A stretch of 64,000 nt of DNA, from assembly GCA_963720755.1 (NCBI GenBank), contig CAVRGP010000006.1:192001-256000 (forward strand), in the 5' to 3' direction. This document shows positions 19,997 to 30,557 of the stretch, piece after piece. The notes beneath the pieces were generated by a model, which had not been told where the DNA came from, did no database searches, and worked only from the letters and a program-made list of their open reading frames with translations. The stretch is from an uncultured Chloroflexia bacterium. Lineage in GTDB: Bacteria > Chloroflexota > Limnocylindria > Limnocylindrales > CSP1-4. The position numbers were made by a program, and so were the translations under genes. Within the stretch, counting starts at the first letter, position 1. Every line of letters begins with the position of its first letter.

Positions 19997-20889
19997 CAGC
20001 CCTTCACCGCTCCCTGCGTGAGGCCACCGACGAGTTGCCGCTCGGCGAAGGCGTAGAACACCACAGCGGGAATGAGCGCCACCACGGTGAACGCCAGGAC
20101 TCGGGCCTGGTCGGAGCTGTACTCGGTCGAGAAGTTCATCACGCCGAGCGGAAGCGTCCACTGGTCCGCCCCGCTGAGCAGGATCAAGGGCAGCATGAAT
20201 GCGTTCCAGGTGGTGACGATGGCGAGGACACTCACCGTCGCCAGGGCCGGCCGCGCCAGCGGAAGCAGCACCCGCCAGAAGAACGCGAACGAGCCGCAGC
20301 CATCGATCCGCGCCGCATCTTCGAGTTCGGTCGGGATGCTCCGGAAGAACGGACGGAGGATCACGACCGTGAGCGGCAGCGCAAACGCTGCCTGCGGCAG
20401 GGCCACCCCCAGGAGATTGCCGTACAGGCCGATGTCGCGGACGAGGATATAGAGCGGCAGGATCGCCACGGCGGACGGGAACAGGAGCCCGAACACGAAC
20501 AGGAGGTACAGCGCCTCCCGGCCCGGAAAGACCAGGCGCGCGAACACGAATGCCGCCAGCGAGGCCAGGCCGACCGTCAGTCCGACCGACACCACCGCGA
20601 TGATGAGGCTGTTGGCAGTCTCCTGCCAGAACGTTCCGGCGTTTTCCCCGAAGAGGACGTCCGTGTAGTTCGTGAGGACCCACGGGTCGGGGAGGACGGT
20701 CCCGGGGTTGGCGGCGATCTGGCCGTTCGTCTTGAACCCGCCGAGCACGGCATATGCGATCGGGATCAGGATCGTGATCGCAACGATGGTAAGGATCCCG
20801 TACCGGGCGATCGTCTCGAGGGTCCTCCGCAGCGGCCGGGAACGCCCCGGGGATGGCGCGGTGTTTCGGGTGGCGGATGCAGCGGTCAT
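19996..20889 (-). CDS. Carbohydrate ABC transporter permease (MalG type)
   Basis: EAA loop 'IPTELEDAARIDGC'; six TM helices. Confidence 0.95.
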   Translation of the reverse strand: MTAASATRNTAPSPGRSRPLRRTLETIARYGILTIVAITILIPIAYAVLGGFKTNGQIAANPGTVLPDPWVLTNYTDVLFGENAGTFWQETANSLIIAVVSVGLTVGLASLAAFVFARLVFPGREALYLLFVFGLLFPSAVAILPLYILVRDIGLYGNLLGVALPQAAFALPLTVVILRPFFRSIPTELEDAARIDGCGSFAFFWRVLLPLARPALATVSVLAIVTTWNAFMLPLILLSGADQWTLPLGVMNFSTEYSSDQARVLAFTVVALIPAVVFYAFAERQLVGGLTQGAVKG

Positions 20890-20893
20890 CGGA

Positions 20894-21826
20894 TCACCCG
20901 TTGTACGCCGTGAGCGCGCCGTCCACGTCGCGGCGCAGCACGAAGCGCTGGTACATGAGCGCGACCACCAGGCCGAACAGGAAGAGCACGACCGCGAGGG
21001 CGCTGCCGTAGCCCATCTGGGTCTTCACGAAGCCGGCCTTGAACATCGCGATGGCCATGGTGTTGGTCGCGTTGAGCGGACCGCCGCCGGTCGTGACCCA
21101 AACCATGTCGAACAGCTGGAGGGCCCCGATCATGGACAGGAAGACGCTGACCCGCAGGGTCGGGCCGAGGAGCGGGAAAGTGACGTACCGGAACACCCGC
21201 CAGTTATCCGCACCATCGATCCGGGCGGCCTCCTCGATCTCGTGAGGGATCCCTTGCAGGCCAGCCAGGAGCAGGATCATGTGGAAGCCGAAGTACTTCC
21301 AGCTGATGATGAAGAACAGGACGAACAACACGATGTTCGTGTCACCCAGCCAGTCCTGGATCAGGCCTTCCAGCCCGACCGAGGTGAGGCCGCTGTCGAC
21401 CAGGGCCTCGGGTCGCAGCATCAACGAGAAGACGATGCCAGCGATGGCCTCCGACAGAACGTACGGCAGGAAGAAGATCAGCCTGAAGACCGCACGACCC
21501 CGGAACCGACGGTTGAGCATCACGGCGAGCGCGAGCGAGAACGGGATCTGGATCGCCAGCGAGAGCACGACGATCATCAGATTGTTCGAGATCGCGGTCG
21601 TGAACGCCTTGTCGTGGAACGCCTTGACGTAGTTGTCGAGTCCGATGAAATCGGTGAGCGGCTCGAGCCCGTTCCAGTCGTAGAGGCTGTAGTGCGCGGC
21701 CTGGACGATGGGCAGCAACACGAACAGGGCGTACAGGGCAAGGGCCGGCAGCAGGAACGCCACGACGGTGGTCGCCTTGCCCGGCAGCCGTGGCCGCGTG
21801 CGAGGCGTGGCGCTGGCTGAGCTCAT
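20894..21826 (-). CDS. Carbohydrate ABC transporter permease (MalF type)
   Basis: 'FIGLDNY', EAA loop 'IPHEIEEAARIDGA', 'TGGGP'. Confidence 0.95.
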   Translation of the reverse strand: MSSASATPRTRPRLPGKATTVVAFLLPALALYALFVLLPIVQAAHYSLYDWNGLEPLTDFIGLDNYVKAFHDKAFTTAISNNLMIVVLSLAIQIPFSLALAVMLNRRFRGRAVFRLIFFLPYVLSEAIAGIVFSLMLRPEALVDSGLTSVGLEGLIQDWLGDTNIVLFVLFFIISWKYFGFHMILLLAGLQGIPHEIEEAARIDGADNWRVFRYVTFPLLGPTLRVSVFLSMIGALQLFDMVWVTTGGGPLNATNTMAIAMFKAGFVKTQMGYGSALAVVLFLFGLVVALMYQRFVLRRDVDGALTAYNG

Positions 21827-21851
21827 CGCCGTCCTCCCTTCGCCGATGATG

Positions 21852-21886
21852 ATCGAGCGGGCCGGCCATTGGCCGACCCGCTCGAT
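21852..21886 (-). terminator. Intercistronic stem-loop after the solute-binding protein gene
   Basis: ATCGAGCGGG...CCCGCTCGAT inverted repeat with further inner pairing; no U-tract, so mRNA stabiliser or partial terminator. Confidence 0.6.
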
Positions 21887-21922
21887 GTTCGGGCCATCAA
21901 GTTGGCCTAAGACGCGGTCTGG

Positions 21923-23275
21923 CTACTCTGCCGCGGCTGCGTCCGTGATCGCCTGGCAGACTTCCTCGGGAGTCGAAGCGCCGAGGAACAGGGCGACGGT
22001 TGCGTCGTTGATCGCCGAACCCATCGCGGGCGACGTCGCCTGATCGAGGTATAGCTGCATGAACTGGGCTGCCCCGCGACCGGCCAACACGGCCTGCAAG
22101 TTGGGATCGGTGACGGCGCTTTCGGTGCCGACCGTCGTGGACAGAGCGATGCCGTCGGTGTTGAGCTTCGTCCCGTTCTCAACACTGTTGAAGAACTTCA
22201 GGAAGTCGATCGCTTCCGGCGGAGCGTCCTTGCCGACCGCGATGCCATTGCCGCCGCCGACACCGTCGGTCGCCGCGCCGGCGCCGCCCTCGATGACCGG
22301 GAACGCGAACCAGCCGAGCTTGTCGCCTAGGCCTTTCTTGTCGGAAGACTGGTCGTTTTGCACCGCCGGCGCCCACTGGCCCATCAGCTCCATGGCCGCT
22401 TTGCCGTTGCCGACCGATGCGGCCTCGGCGTTGTAGTCGGCGGACTTGTAGCCAGCCTGGTACGGATTGAGGGCATTGAGCTTGAGCACTTCGGCGCCCG
22501 CCGCCTTGCACGCGTCGGTGTTCCAGTCGCCGCTCTGGATCATGTCGGCCAGAGCCTGACCGCCGCCTTCGCGGAGGACGAGGTAGGTCCACAGGTGCAT
22601 GGATGGCCACTTGTCCTTGCCGGCGATGGCGAGCGGAGCGACGCCGGACTTCTTGAGCTTGGCGACATCAGCGAGGTACTCGCTCCACGTCGCCGGCGGC
22701 GCGGTGATCCCGGCCGCGGAGAAGAGGTCCTTGTTGTACCAGAACCCGATCATGCCCATGTCCCAGGGCACGCCGTACTGCTTGCCGTTGTAGGCGTAGA
22801 TGCTCAGGGCACCGGGATTGATCGTGTCCTTCCAGGACGCGATATCGGCGGTGATGTCCTTGAGCATGCCGGCGTCGGCCTGCTGGGCCATCGTTCCGCC
22901 GCCCCAGGACTGGAACAGGTCCGGAACGTCACCCGACTGGATCGAGGTGGCGAGTTTCGTCTTGAAGGCCTCGTTCTCGAGGACCGTGACGTTGATCGTC
23001 ACGTTGGGGTTGGCCGCCATGTAGGCGTCCGCGATCGCCTGGAAATCGGGCTTGCCGACTTGATCAGTCGTGATGTGCCACCAATCGAACGACACGGCCT
23101 CTGCCGTGGAGGCGCTTGGGGCCTCGCTGGGCGCGGTTGACGCTGGTGCGGCCGTTGTTGCGGCACTCGGTGCCGTCGTCGCGGCCGTGCTGCCGCATGC
23201 GCCGACGATGATCGCGATGATCGCGACCAACCCGGCAAGTCGCCACTGTCTCGACACGATCGAACCTCCTGTCAT
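21923..23275 (-). CDS. Sugar ABC transporter solute-binding lipoprotein (family 1, BxlE-like)
   Basis: Lipobox 'IVGAC', Ala/Thr/Pro linker, 'PDLFQSWGGG', 'AAMELMGQW'; alternative start GTG 23257 (both starts have an SD). Confidence 0.92.
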   Translation of the reverse strand: MTGGSIVSRQWRLAGLVAIIAIIVGACGSTAATTAPSAATTAAPASTAPSEAPSASTAEAVSFDWWHITTDQVGKPDFQAIADAYMAANPNVTINVTVLENEAFKTKLATSIQSGDVPDLFQSWGGGTMAQQADAGMLKDITADIASWKDTINPGALSIYAYNGKQYGVPWDMGMIGFWYNKDLFSAAGITAPPATWSEYLADVAKLKKSGVAPLAIAGKDKWPSMHLWTYLVLREGGGQALADMIQSGDWNTDACKAAGAEVLKLNALNPYQAGYKSADYNAEAASVGNGKAAMELMGQWAPAVQNDQSSDKKGLGDKLGWFAFPVIEGGAGAATDGVGGGNGIAVGKDAPPEAIDFLKFFNSVENGTKLNTDGIALSTTVGTESAVTDPNLQAVLAGRGAAQFMQLYLDQATSPAMGSAINDATVALFLGASTPEEVCQAITDAAAAE

Positions 23276-23374
23276 GCCCAACTCCTCCGAGTGATCTACC
23301 CGATCTTGGGCCGAGGGCTCCCTGGCAGTCTCCCTATCTGCATCGTCGCCGTGCGACCTGTGCCGTCGAGCAAA

Positions 23375-23523
23375 TTCCGAAAGTATCGGAAACATTGCCG
23401 ACAAGTGTCGGAGCGAACACTAAGCCGCGATCGGAGTCCCCGTCAATCTTTTTCGCGACGGATATCGCGGCACGGGGCTCGCCCAAGCGGGGAATCGGTG
23501 TATACGAAGACGGAAACTTTCGG
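23375..23523. promoter_or_regulatory. Two candidate LacI-family operators in the divergent intergenic region
   Basis: TTCCGA-AAGTA-TCGGAA (23375-23391) and CGGAAACTTTCGG (23511-23523; reverse complement CCGAAAGTTTCCG resembles site 1). Confidence 0.65.
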
Positions 23524-23535
23524 TATCGTTACCGG

Positions 23536-24564
23536 ATGGACACGCAGCCGGCCCCAGCGACCCATGGGCGGGTCACGATGGCCGAGGTCGCGGCAGCGGC
23601 CGGCGTCTCGGTGCCGACCGTTTCAAAGGTGATCAACGGACGACGGGATGTCGCGCAGGTCACCCGTCGTCGGGTCGAGGAGGCCATCCTCGAGTCCGGG
23701 TACGAGCACCGCTCCAGACACGTGCAGCGAGCGGGGCTGCTCGAGCTGATCTTTCACGAGCTCGAGAGTGAATGGGCACTCGAGATCGTCATGGGCGTGG
23801 ACCGGGTGGCTCGCGAGCACCAGCTCGCGGTCGTCACCACGGAACTCCAGGGCCGCCATACGCCCGGTCGCGGGTGGATCGAAGGCGTGATCGAGCGCCG
23901 ATCGCTCGGCGTCATCGCCGTGTTCTCGGACCTGAGCGAGCGGATGCATGCCCAGCTGAAGGCGAGCGGGATCCCGTTCGTCGTCGTCGACCCGACTGGC
24001 GAGCCGCACCACGACACCCCCTCAGTCGGAGCGACGAACTGGGGCGGGGGCGTAGCGGCCACCCGGCATCTCCTCGGTCTCGGACACCGGCGGATCGGCA
24101 TCATCACCGGCCCGCGCGAGATCCTGTGCAGCCGGGCCAGGCTGGACGGATATCGCGCGGCGATGGACGAGGCGGGGGTACCGATCGATCCGTCGCTGAT
24201 CGCCTACGGCGACTTCCATGTCCAGTCGGGGATCGAGCAGGCCCACGCGATGCTCCATCTGCCGGACCCCCCGACGGCGATCTTCGCCGGCAACGACCTC
24301 ATGGCCCTCGGTGTCTACCAGACGGCCCGCGCGCTCCATCTCCACGTCCCGGACGACCTGAGCGTCGTCGGCTTCGACGACCTGCCGGTCGCAGGCTGGG
24401 TCGGCCCGCCGCTCACCACCGTCCGCCAGCCACTGTCGGAGATGGCCGTCACGGCGGCGCGACTGGTGATGCGACTCGCGGCTGGGCAGGAGCCTGCCCA
24501 GACCCGGCTCGAGCTGAACACGGAGCTCATCATCCGCGAGAGCACAGCTCCGCCCCGCCACTGA
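23536..24564 (+). CDS. LacI family transcriptional regulator (BxlR-like)
   Basis: HTH 'VTMAEVAAAAGVSVPTVSKVING', 'DLSVVGFDD', 'PPLTTVRQP'. Confidence 0.95.
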   Translation: MDTQPAPATHGRVTMAEVAAAAGVSVPTVSKVINGRRDVAQVTRRRVEEAILESGYEHRSRHVQRAGLLELIFHELESEWALEIVMGVDRVAREHQLAVVTTELQGRHTPGRGWIEGVIERRSLGVIAVFSDLSERMHAQLKASGIPFVVVDPTGEPHHDTPSVGATNWGGGVAATRHLLGLGHRRIGIITGPREILCSRARLDGYRAAMDEAGVPIDPSLIAYGDFHVQSGIEQAHAMLHLPDPPTAIFAGNDLMALGVYQTARALHLHVPDDLSVVGFDDLPVAGWVGPPLTTVRQPLSEMAVTAARLVMRLAAGQEPAQTRLELNTELIIRESTAPPRH

Positions 24565-24627
24565 GGAGCGGGTGCCCGGTCCGCAATCGCGGCCCGTTGG
24601 CCACGGCTCCGGACGGACCCAGAGTCT

Positions 24628-25875
24628 TCAGATCTCGAGTCGGATGTCGACGGCTTGGGGGCCGGACCGCTCCAGGGCAAAGCCAGTGGCCTCGTCGGCC
24701 CATGTACATCCGTACTCGCCCAGGAAGCCCGTGAAGTCCACGCGACCGCCTTCGTCCGTGACCATCCGGGTGGGTGCCAGCCACCAGTCGCCCTTGACCA
24801 GGCCGTGAACGGCATCGAATGCAGGCTTGGCCGTCCCATCGGCTCGGAGGAGGCCGGACGGCGCGTTGAGCCAGCCGCCGTCCGCGAGCCCCCACCAGGT
24901 GACCGAGGCGACGGCCGGATCGGCCAGCAGGGTCGTGTAGTGGGCGATCACCTCAGCGGCCTGGCGCGCCTCCCCATCCGGTGTCGACGGCCATTGGTCC
25001 ACCTGGTAGTCGTTGAGATCGACGATCTCGGGCGGCATCAGCTCGCCTGACACGATGGTGTTCTCGGTGAAATGGATGGGCAGGCCGAAGCGCTCGAACC
25101 GACCGAGCACGTCCTGCGTCCTGGCGATGCCCCAATAGCCCTGGTGCATGTGCGACTGAAGCCCGAGGGCATCGATCGCGATCCCGGCCTCGAGACAGTC
25201 CTCCACGAGATGCTCGTAGTCGGCGGACATGTCGAAGTCGTTGAGGATCAACGTGGCACCTGGGTTCGCCTGTCGCGCGGTGTCGAAGGCCAGCCTGACC
25301 GTCTCGACCCGCCCCAACGCCTGGCACAGACGGGTGATGCCGTTGTCCTCCTTGTCGAAGACCGGCATGATCACGGCCTCGTTGATGGCATCCCAGGTAT
25401 CGATGAGCCCGGCTCCGTCGGTCACCTCGCGGGTGATGCGCGCTCGAAGCGCCACGGCGACCTCGGTCACGGAAAGGTCGAGCAGCCAATCCGGAGCCAG
25501 GGTGTGCCAGCACAGGGGGTGCCCCTTCACCTCGCAGCCGCGATCGACGAACCAGCGAGCAGCTGCAAGCAACCGTTGCGTGTCGGGGTGGCCGCGTTGC
25601 GGCTCGAAACGCGCCCAGTAGAACGGCAGCGTCGCCGTGTTGAAGAGCTCGACCCAGCGCCCGAGGATCCGTTCGGCCACGTCCCGGTCGGCGTCGTCGA
25701 GCGCCCCGCCGGCGAGTTCGACAGCCTCGAACCCGGTGCACCCGAACCGAAAGGCGTGGCTTCGCTGGGCCACGACGACCTCCTGGCGCGCGAGTGGGCT
25801 GCCGTCACGGCGGCGGATGGTCAGCGCGACGCTCGACACTCGGTGCGGTGGGAGGGTCGACCGATCAAGTGCCAC
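24628..25875 (-). CDS. GH10 endo-1,4-beta-xylanase family, no signal peptide
   Basis: 'KGHPLCWH', acid/base 'WDAINEA', 'GLQSHM', nucleophile 'IHFTE'. Confidence 0.9.
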   Translation of the reverse strand: MALDRSTLPPHRVSSVALTIRRRDGSPLARQEVVVAQRSHAFRFGCTGFEAVELAGGALDDADRDVAERILGRWVELFNTATLPFYWARFEPQRGHPDTQRLLAAARWFVDRGCEVKGHPLCWHTLAPDWLLDLSVTEVAVALRARITREVTDGAGLIDTWDAINEAVIMPVFDKEDNGITRLCQALGRVETVRLAFDTARQANPGATLILNDFDMSADYEHLVEDCLEAGIAIDALGLQSHMHQGYWGIARTQDVLGRFERFGLPIHFTENTIVSGELMPPEIVDLNDYQVDQWPSTPDGEARQAAEVIAHYTTLLADPAVASVTWWGLADGGWLNAPSGLLRADGTAKPAFDAVHGLVKGDWWLAPTRMVTDEGGRVDFTGFLGEYGCTWADEATGFALERSGPQAVDIRLEI

Positions 25876-25962
25876 TGGAAGATCGTAGGCGGTCTAGCCC
25901 CGATAATCGGGGCGCGGGCCGCCAGGTCCCGCAGGGCACGGGACGGCGGCGAGGAGGGATCC

Positions 25963-27567
25963 GTGGACCAGGGGCAGACGGACGCACGGGAGTGGATCCG
26001 ATCGGGTGCGGCCATCCTCGGCATCGAGTTCGGTTCGACCCGGATCAAGGCGTCCCTGATCGGACCCGACATGACGCCCCTTGCGGCGGGCTCACACCTC
26101 TGGGAGAACCGGTTCGAGGACGGCGTCTGGACCTACGACATGGCGGACGTCCACGATGGGCTCGCGGCGTGCGTGGATTCCCTCGTCGAGGACGTGCGGG
26201 CACGATATTCGGTCGACGTCGAGGCCGTCGCTGCCCTGGGCGTCAGCGGGATGATGCACGGCTACATCGCCCTCGACGCGCAAGGTGAGCTCCTCGTTCC
26301 CTTCCGCACCTGGCGGAACAACATCACCAGCAGGGCCTGCGCCGAGCTGTCCCCTCGGCTTGACTTCGCCGTTCCCCAGCGCTGGAGCATCGCTCACCTG
26401 TACCAGTCGATCCTGGAGCGGCAGCCCCACGTCGGGCGGATCGCCCACCTCACCACGCTGGCGGGCTACATCCACTGGAGGCTGACCGGCAAGCACGTCG
26501 TCGGTGTCGGGGAGGCGTCGGGGATGTTCCCGATCGACCCCGGGACGGGCGATTGGGACGCCGAGCGCGTCGCTGCATTCGACACTCTCCTCGCGCCGTG
26601 GCACGTGGACTGGAAGCTCCGCGACATCCTTCCTGCGCTGCTCCCGGCCGGCCGGCCGGCGGGCCGGCTCAGCCCGGAGGGCGCCAGGCTGCTCGACCCG
26701 GTCGGGCGGATCAGGGCCGGCATCCCCATGTGCCCACCTGAAGGCGATGCCGGCACCGGGATGGTCGCCACGAATGCGGTCAGGCCTCGATCTGGGAACG
26801 TGTCCGCCGGCACCTCGATGTTCGCGATGATCGTCCTCGAACGCGGCCTGTCTCGGGTCCACGACGAGATCGACATCGTGGTCACACCCGACGGGAAGCC
26901 AGTGGCGATGGCCCACTCCAACAACGGGACATCGGACCTGGATGCCTGGATGGCGCTGTTCGGTCAGGTCGCCGGCGCGCTCGGCGCCGGGACGCAGCTC
27001 GAGGAGCTGTACGCGCGGATCCTGCCGCTCGCCCTCCAGGGCGACCCGGACGCCGGCGGGCTCTTATCCATCAACTATGTCTCGGGCGAGCATCTGACCG
27101 GCTTCACCGAGGGGCGCCCGCTGTTCGTCCGGAACCAGGATGGCCGGTTCACCCTGGAGAACTTCATGCGGGCGCTGTGCTACGCGTCGCTCTGCGCCAT
27201 GCGGGAGGGACTCGACATCCTCCGTGATCAGGAGGGCGTGATCGTCGAGGAGGTTCGCGGCCACGGCGGCTTCTTCAAGGCCAGTGACACCGGCCAGCGG
27301 ATCATGGCCGCCGCGCTCGATGTCCCGGTCAGCCTTCCCGCCACGGCGGGCGAAGGAGGTGCCTGGGGTATGGCCGTGCTGGCCGCGTACCTGCTCCGGT
27401 CCGACGCTGGCCAGACGCTCCCGGATTTCCTTGACCGGTGGGTCTCGGCGAGCATGGGCGAGACCATCGCCCCGGACCCGCGCGACGTCGAGGGGTTCTC
27501 GGCCTTCTTCGCACGCCACCGGGCCGGGCTCGGAATCGAGCGCGAGGCCATCAGGTCACTGCGCTGA
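25963..27567 (+). CDS. araB: FGGY-family sugar kinase, probable L-ribulokinase
   Basis: '[11 protein letters not shown]', 'SGMMHGY', 'FRTWRN', '[10 protein letters not shown]', 'EGGAWG'; GAGGAGG SD before GTG 25963; adjacent to araD/araA. Confidence 0.82.
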   Translation: MDQGQTDAREWIRSGAAILGIEFGSTRIKASLIGPDMTPLAAGSHLWENRFEDGVWTYDMADVHDGLAACVDSLVEDVRARYSVDVEAVAALGVSGMMHGYIALDAQGELLVPFRTWRNNITSRACAELSPRLDFAVPQRWSIAHLYQSILERQPHVGRIAHLTTLAGYIHWRLTGKHVVGVGEASGMFPIDPGTGDWDAERVAAFDTLLAPWHVDWKLRDILPALLPAGRPAGRLSPEGARLLDPVGRIRAGIPMCPPEGDAGTGMVATNAVRPRSGNVSAGTSMFAMIVLERGLSRVHDEIDIVVTPDGKPVAMAHSNNGTSDLDAWMALFGQVAGALGAGTQLEELYARILPLALQGDPDAGGLLSINYVSGEHLTGFTEGRPLFVRNQDGRFTLENFMRALCYASLCAMREGLDILRDQEGVIVEEVRGHGGFFKASDTGQRIMAAALDVPVSLPATAGEGGAWGMAVLAAYLLRSDAGQTLPDFLDRWVSASMGETIAPDPRDVEGFSAFFARHRAGLGIEREAIRSLR

Positions 27568-27594
27568 GATGGCGGCTGGCGGACCGCCCGACGA

Positions 27595-28311
27595 TCAGTC
27601 CTGGCGGGTCGGCGGCTGCCCGTAGTAGGCGGCGGGGCCGTGCTTCCGCTGGAAATGCTTCTCGAGCAGCGCGTCGTCGACGGGCGGGCGATCGGGCGCC
27701 AGGGCAAGGGTACTGATCGCCATCCCGGCGATCGCCTCGAGGGCGATGGCGTTGGTGACCGCCTCCTCCCCGCTGGCTCCCCAGGTGAACGGCCCGTGGG
27801 ACGCAACCAGCACGCCCGGCATGTGGAGGTGGTGGAGACCCTCGGTCTCGAAGTGCTCGACGATCACCCGACCCGTGTTCGCTTCGTACGCTCCGTCGAT
27901 CTCGGCAGCCGTCAGCGGCCGGGTGACCGGAACCTGGCCGCGGAAGTGGTCGGCGTGGGTCGTCCCGAGGCACGGGATCGGTCGATGGGCCTGCGCCCAC
28001 GCCACGGCCGCCGGCGAATGCGTGTGGACGACGCCTCGCAGATCCGCGTACTGCTGATAGAGGAACAGGTGCGTCGGGGTGTCCGACGATGGTCGTCCGG
28101 AACCCGCTACGACCGTGCCGTTCTCGATGGAGACGACCACGATGTCGTCGTCGGTCAGGTCCGCGTACGGGACACCGCTCGGTTTGATCGCGAAGACGCC
28201 GGCGGCCCGGTCGGCGACGCTCACGTTGCCGAATGACAGGACCACCAGCCCGGCCCGCTCGATGCGCCGGTTGAGGTCCGCGGACGCTGCGCGTATCTGG
28301 TCGTAGGTCAT
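27595..28311 (-). CDS. araD: L-ribulose-5-phosphate 4-epimerase
   Basis: 'FGNVS', 'IKPSGV', 'PSSDTPTH', 'VHTHS', 'GTTHADHF', 'RKHG...YYGQ'. Confidence 0.95.
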   Translation of the reverse strand: MTYDQIRAASADLNRRIERAGLVVLSFGNVSVADRAAGVFAIKPSGVPYADLTDDDIVVVSIENGTVVAGSGRPSSDTPTHLFLYQQYADLRGVVHTHSPAAVAWAQAHRPIPCLGTTHADHFRGQVPVTRPLTAAEIDGAYEANTGRVIVEHFETEGLHHLHMPGVLVASHGPFTWGASGEEAVTNAIALEAIAGMAISTLALAPDRPPVDDALLEKHFQRKHGPAAYYGQPPTRQD

Positions 28312-28321
28312 GGCACGGTCC

Positions 28322-29827
28322 CTAGCGGCTTCCGGCGAGGTGGTAGTACGCCTGACTCCAGCGAAGCTCCTGCCTCAGTTGAAGCGTCGTCGTGTCGGCA
28401 TCGATCGAGATCAGCTCGATCTGGGCGATCTCCGCGAAGTCCTGGATGACATCAAGGCCGATCGCCTTGCTGAAACCGGTGTGGTGCGGACCCCCGGCCA
28501 TCAGCCACGCCCCCGCAGCGACCTCGAGCGTCGGACGGGGCCGCCACACCGCACGCCCCACCGGCAGCTTCGGCAGGTCCTGCGGCGGCGCGACGACGTC
28601 GATCTCGTTGGCGACCAGCCGGAAGCGCGGGCCAAGATCCAGGAGGCCGACCACGATGCCCGGCCCGGGGGAAGCCGTGAACACCAGGCGAACCGGATCG
28701 TCCTTGCCGCCGATCCCGAGCGGATGGATCTCGCAGCGCGGTCGGTCGCCCGCGATCGACGGACACACCTCGAGCATGTGGGCCCCGAGGACCAGTGGGT
28801 TCCCCGGGTCGAGGTGATACGTGTAGTCCTCCATGAACGACGTGCCCCCGGGCAGTCCGGACGCCATGGTCTTCATGAGCCGGACGACGGCCGCGGTCTT
28901 CCAGTCGCCCTCGCCACCGAACCCGTAGCCATCGGCCATCAGCCGCTGAACGGCGATCCCGGGCAGCTGCCGGAGGTCGGCCAGGTCCTCGAACGTGTCG
29001 GTGAACGCGCCGAACCCGCCGTCGACCAGGAAGCCGCGCAGGGCCAGTTCGATCGCCGCAGCGTCCCGAAGGGAGGCGTGTCGATCCCCGCCGGTCCGCA
29101 GTTCCGGCGCGACGTCGTAGGTGTCCTGGTACTCGGCGACGAGGTCGCTCACGGCCGGCCCGTCGGCCTGGTCGACACGGCGCTCGAGCTCGCTGACCCC
29201 ATACCCGTTCACCGAGAATCCGAGCCGCCACTCGGCCTCGACCTTGTCACCCTCGGTCACCGCGACCTGTCGCATGTTGTCGCCGAAGCGGGCGATCCGC
29301 AGGTGGTGCGCGTCGTGCCAGGCGCCGGCGGCCCGTGACCAGGAGCCGATCGCAGCGCGGACCGCCGGGTCCTGCCAGTGGCCCACGACGGTCTTGCGCG
29401 CCTTCCCCAGTCGTGTCTCGAGGTAGCCGAACTCCCGATCGCCGTGGGCGGCCTGGTTGAGGTTCATGAAGTCCATGTCGATCTCGCCCCAGGGGAGATC
29501 GCGGTTGTGCTGCGTATGCAGGTGGAGCAGTGGCTTCTGGAGGGCGCCCAGCCCGGCGATCCACATCTTCGCGGGCGAGAACGTATGCATCCAGGCGATG
29601 ACACCCACGCACTGCGTCGTCGCGTTCGCCTCAGCCAGGAGCCCATGGATCGACTCCGCGGTCGTCTGTACGGGCTTCTGGACGATGCGGACGGGGATCT
29701 CCGGCGCCGCGCCGAGGCCGCCGACGATGTCGGCCGAATGACGCTCGACCTGGTCCAGGACCTCAGGCCCGTACAGGTGCTGACTGCCGGTCACGAACCA
29801 GATCTCCAGGGCGGCTAGGTCGAACAT
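28322..29827 (-). CDS. araA: L-arabinose isomerase
   Basis: '[11 protein letters not shown]', '[12 protein letters not shown]', '[16 protein letters not shown]', 'SFMEDYTY', 'GAHMLEVCP'. Confidence 0.97.
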   Translation of the reverse strand: MFDLAALEIWFVTGSQHLYGPEVLDQVERHSADIVGGLGAAPEIPVRIVQKPVQTTAESIHGLLAEANATTQCVGVIAWMHTFSPAKMWIAGLGALQKPLLHLHTQHNRDLPWGEIDMDFMNLNQAAHGDREFGYLETRLGKARKTVVGHWQDPAVRAAIGSWSRAAGAWHDAHHLRIARFGDNMRQVAVTEGDKVEAEWRLGFSVNGYGVSELERRVDQADGPAVSDLVAEYQDTYDVAPELRTGGDRHASLRDAAAIELALRGFLVDGGFGAFTDTFEDLADLRQLPGIAVQRLMADGYGFGGEGDWKTAAVVRLMKTMASGLPGGTSFMEDYTYHLDPGNPLVLGAHMLEVCPSIAGDRPRCEIHPLGIGGKDDPVRLVFTASPGPGIVVGLLDLGPRFRLVANEIDVVAPPQDLPKLPVGRAVWRPRPTLEVAAGAWLMAGGPHHTGFSKAIGLDVIQDFAEIAQIELISIDADTTTLQLRQELRWSQAYYHLAGSR

Positions 29828-29941
29828 GACGGCTCCATTGGTGGGTTCTTCCTGGGTCAGCGTGCGCTTGCCGATGACGATACCGCTCCGCGCCTCCCCG
29901 GTTCGGCGGTCGGCCGAATCGCGTCTGGGTTCAGTCGAGAT

Positions 29942-30316
29942 TCAGCGGCGGACAACGCCGAAGCTGCAGGCAGCCCAGGTTCCGTCGTTGTTGTAGCCGC
30001 CCAGGAGCTCGTAGCGCTGTCCGGTCTGTGCCACCACCTGGCCATCCCGGTCGAGAACTTCGACCGCGTTCCAGCTTCGTCGGCCGGTGTAGCCCGCAGG
30101 CCATCGGACAGCAACGGTCGTCCTCGCCATGTCTTCCGACACGATCGCGGTCCCTGCCCGCGGGTCCGCGATGAGCATCCCGGTCGTGTTGGCGGCGAAA
30201 CAGCCGGAGTTGTCGCTCGCGGTCAGGAGCGTGACCGACTCACCAGGGCCGCAGGTCGCGAGGAGGCCCGTCAGTGCCAGAAGACCCAGCCCGCTGGCGA
30301 CATAGCGCTTGTTCAT
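29942..30316 (-). CDS. Small secreted protein or lipoprotein, hypothetical
   Basis: Signal peptide ending 'LLATC'; two more Cys; 'V.WPAGY...VLDRDGQVVA.TG' pattern. Confidence 0.7.
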   Translation of the reverse strand: MNKRYVASGLGLLALTGLLATCGPGESVTLLTASDNSGCFAANTTGMLIADPRAGTAIVSEDMARTTVAVRWPAGYTGRRSWNAVEVLDRDGQVVAQTGQRYELLGGYNNDGTWAACSFGVVRR

Positions 30317-30557
30317 GGATCGATCGTGAGATCAGTCCGTCGCCGAGCGCAACTGGACGAGAGTCATGCCCCCTCTCGTTCCTTCATGCGTCCGACGCGC
30401 TCTCCAGTCGACGGCATTGTGCACAGGCGGGAGGTCTTCGTCCAAACCATCCCGGAGCACATCTCGTCGGATGGTATCGTCACGCGAACGTAGGACACGG
30501 ACGGCCTCGATGAGATCTCCTACGTCATCCCGCCGATGGATCGTTGACGGACAGACG

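Noticed and set aside
19997-20683. N-terminal extension making GH3 a 1015-aa fusion
   Set aside because: Out-of-frame overlap with the permease gene; the real start is ATG 19996
25072-25962. N-terminal extension making the FGGY kinase 831 aa
   Set aside because: Antisense shadow of GH10; a strong SD precedes GTG 25963
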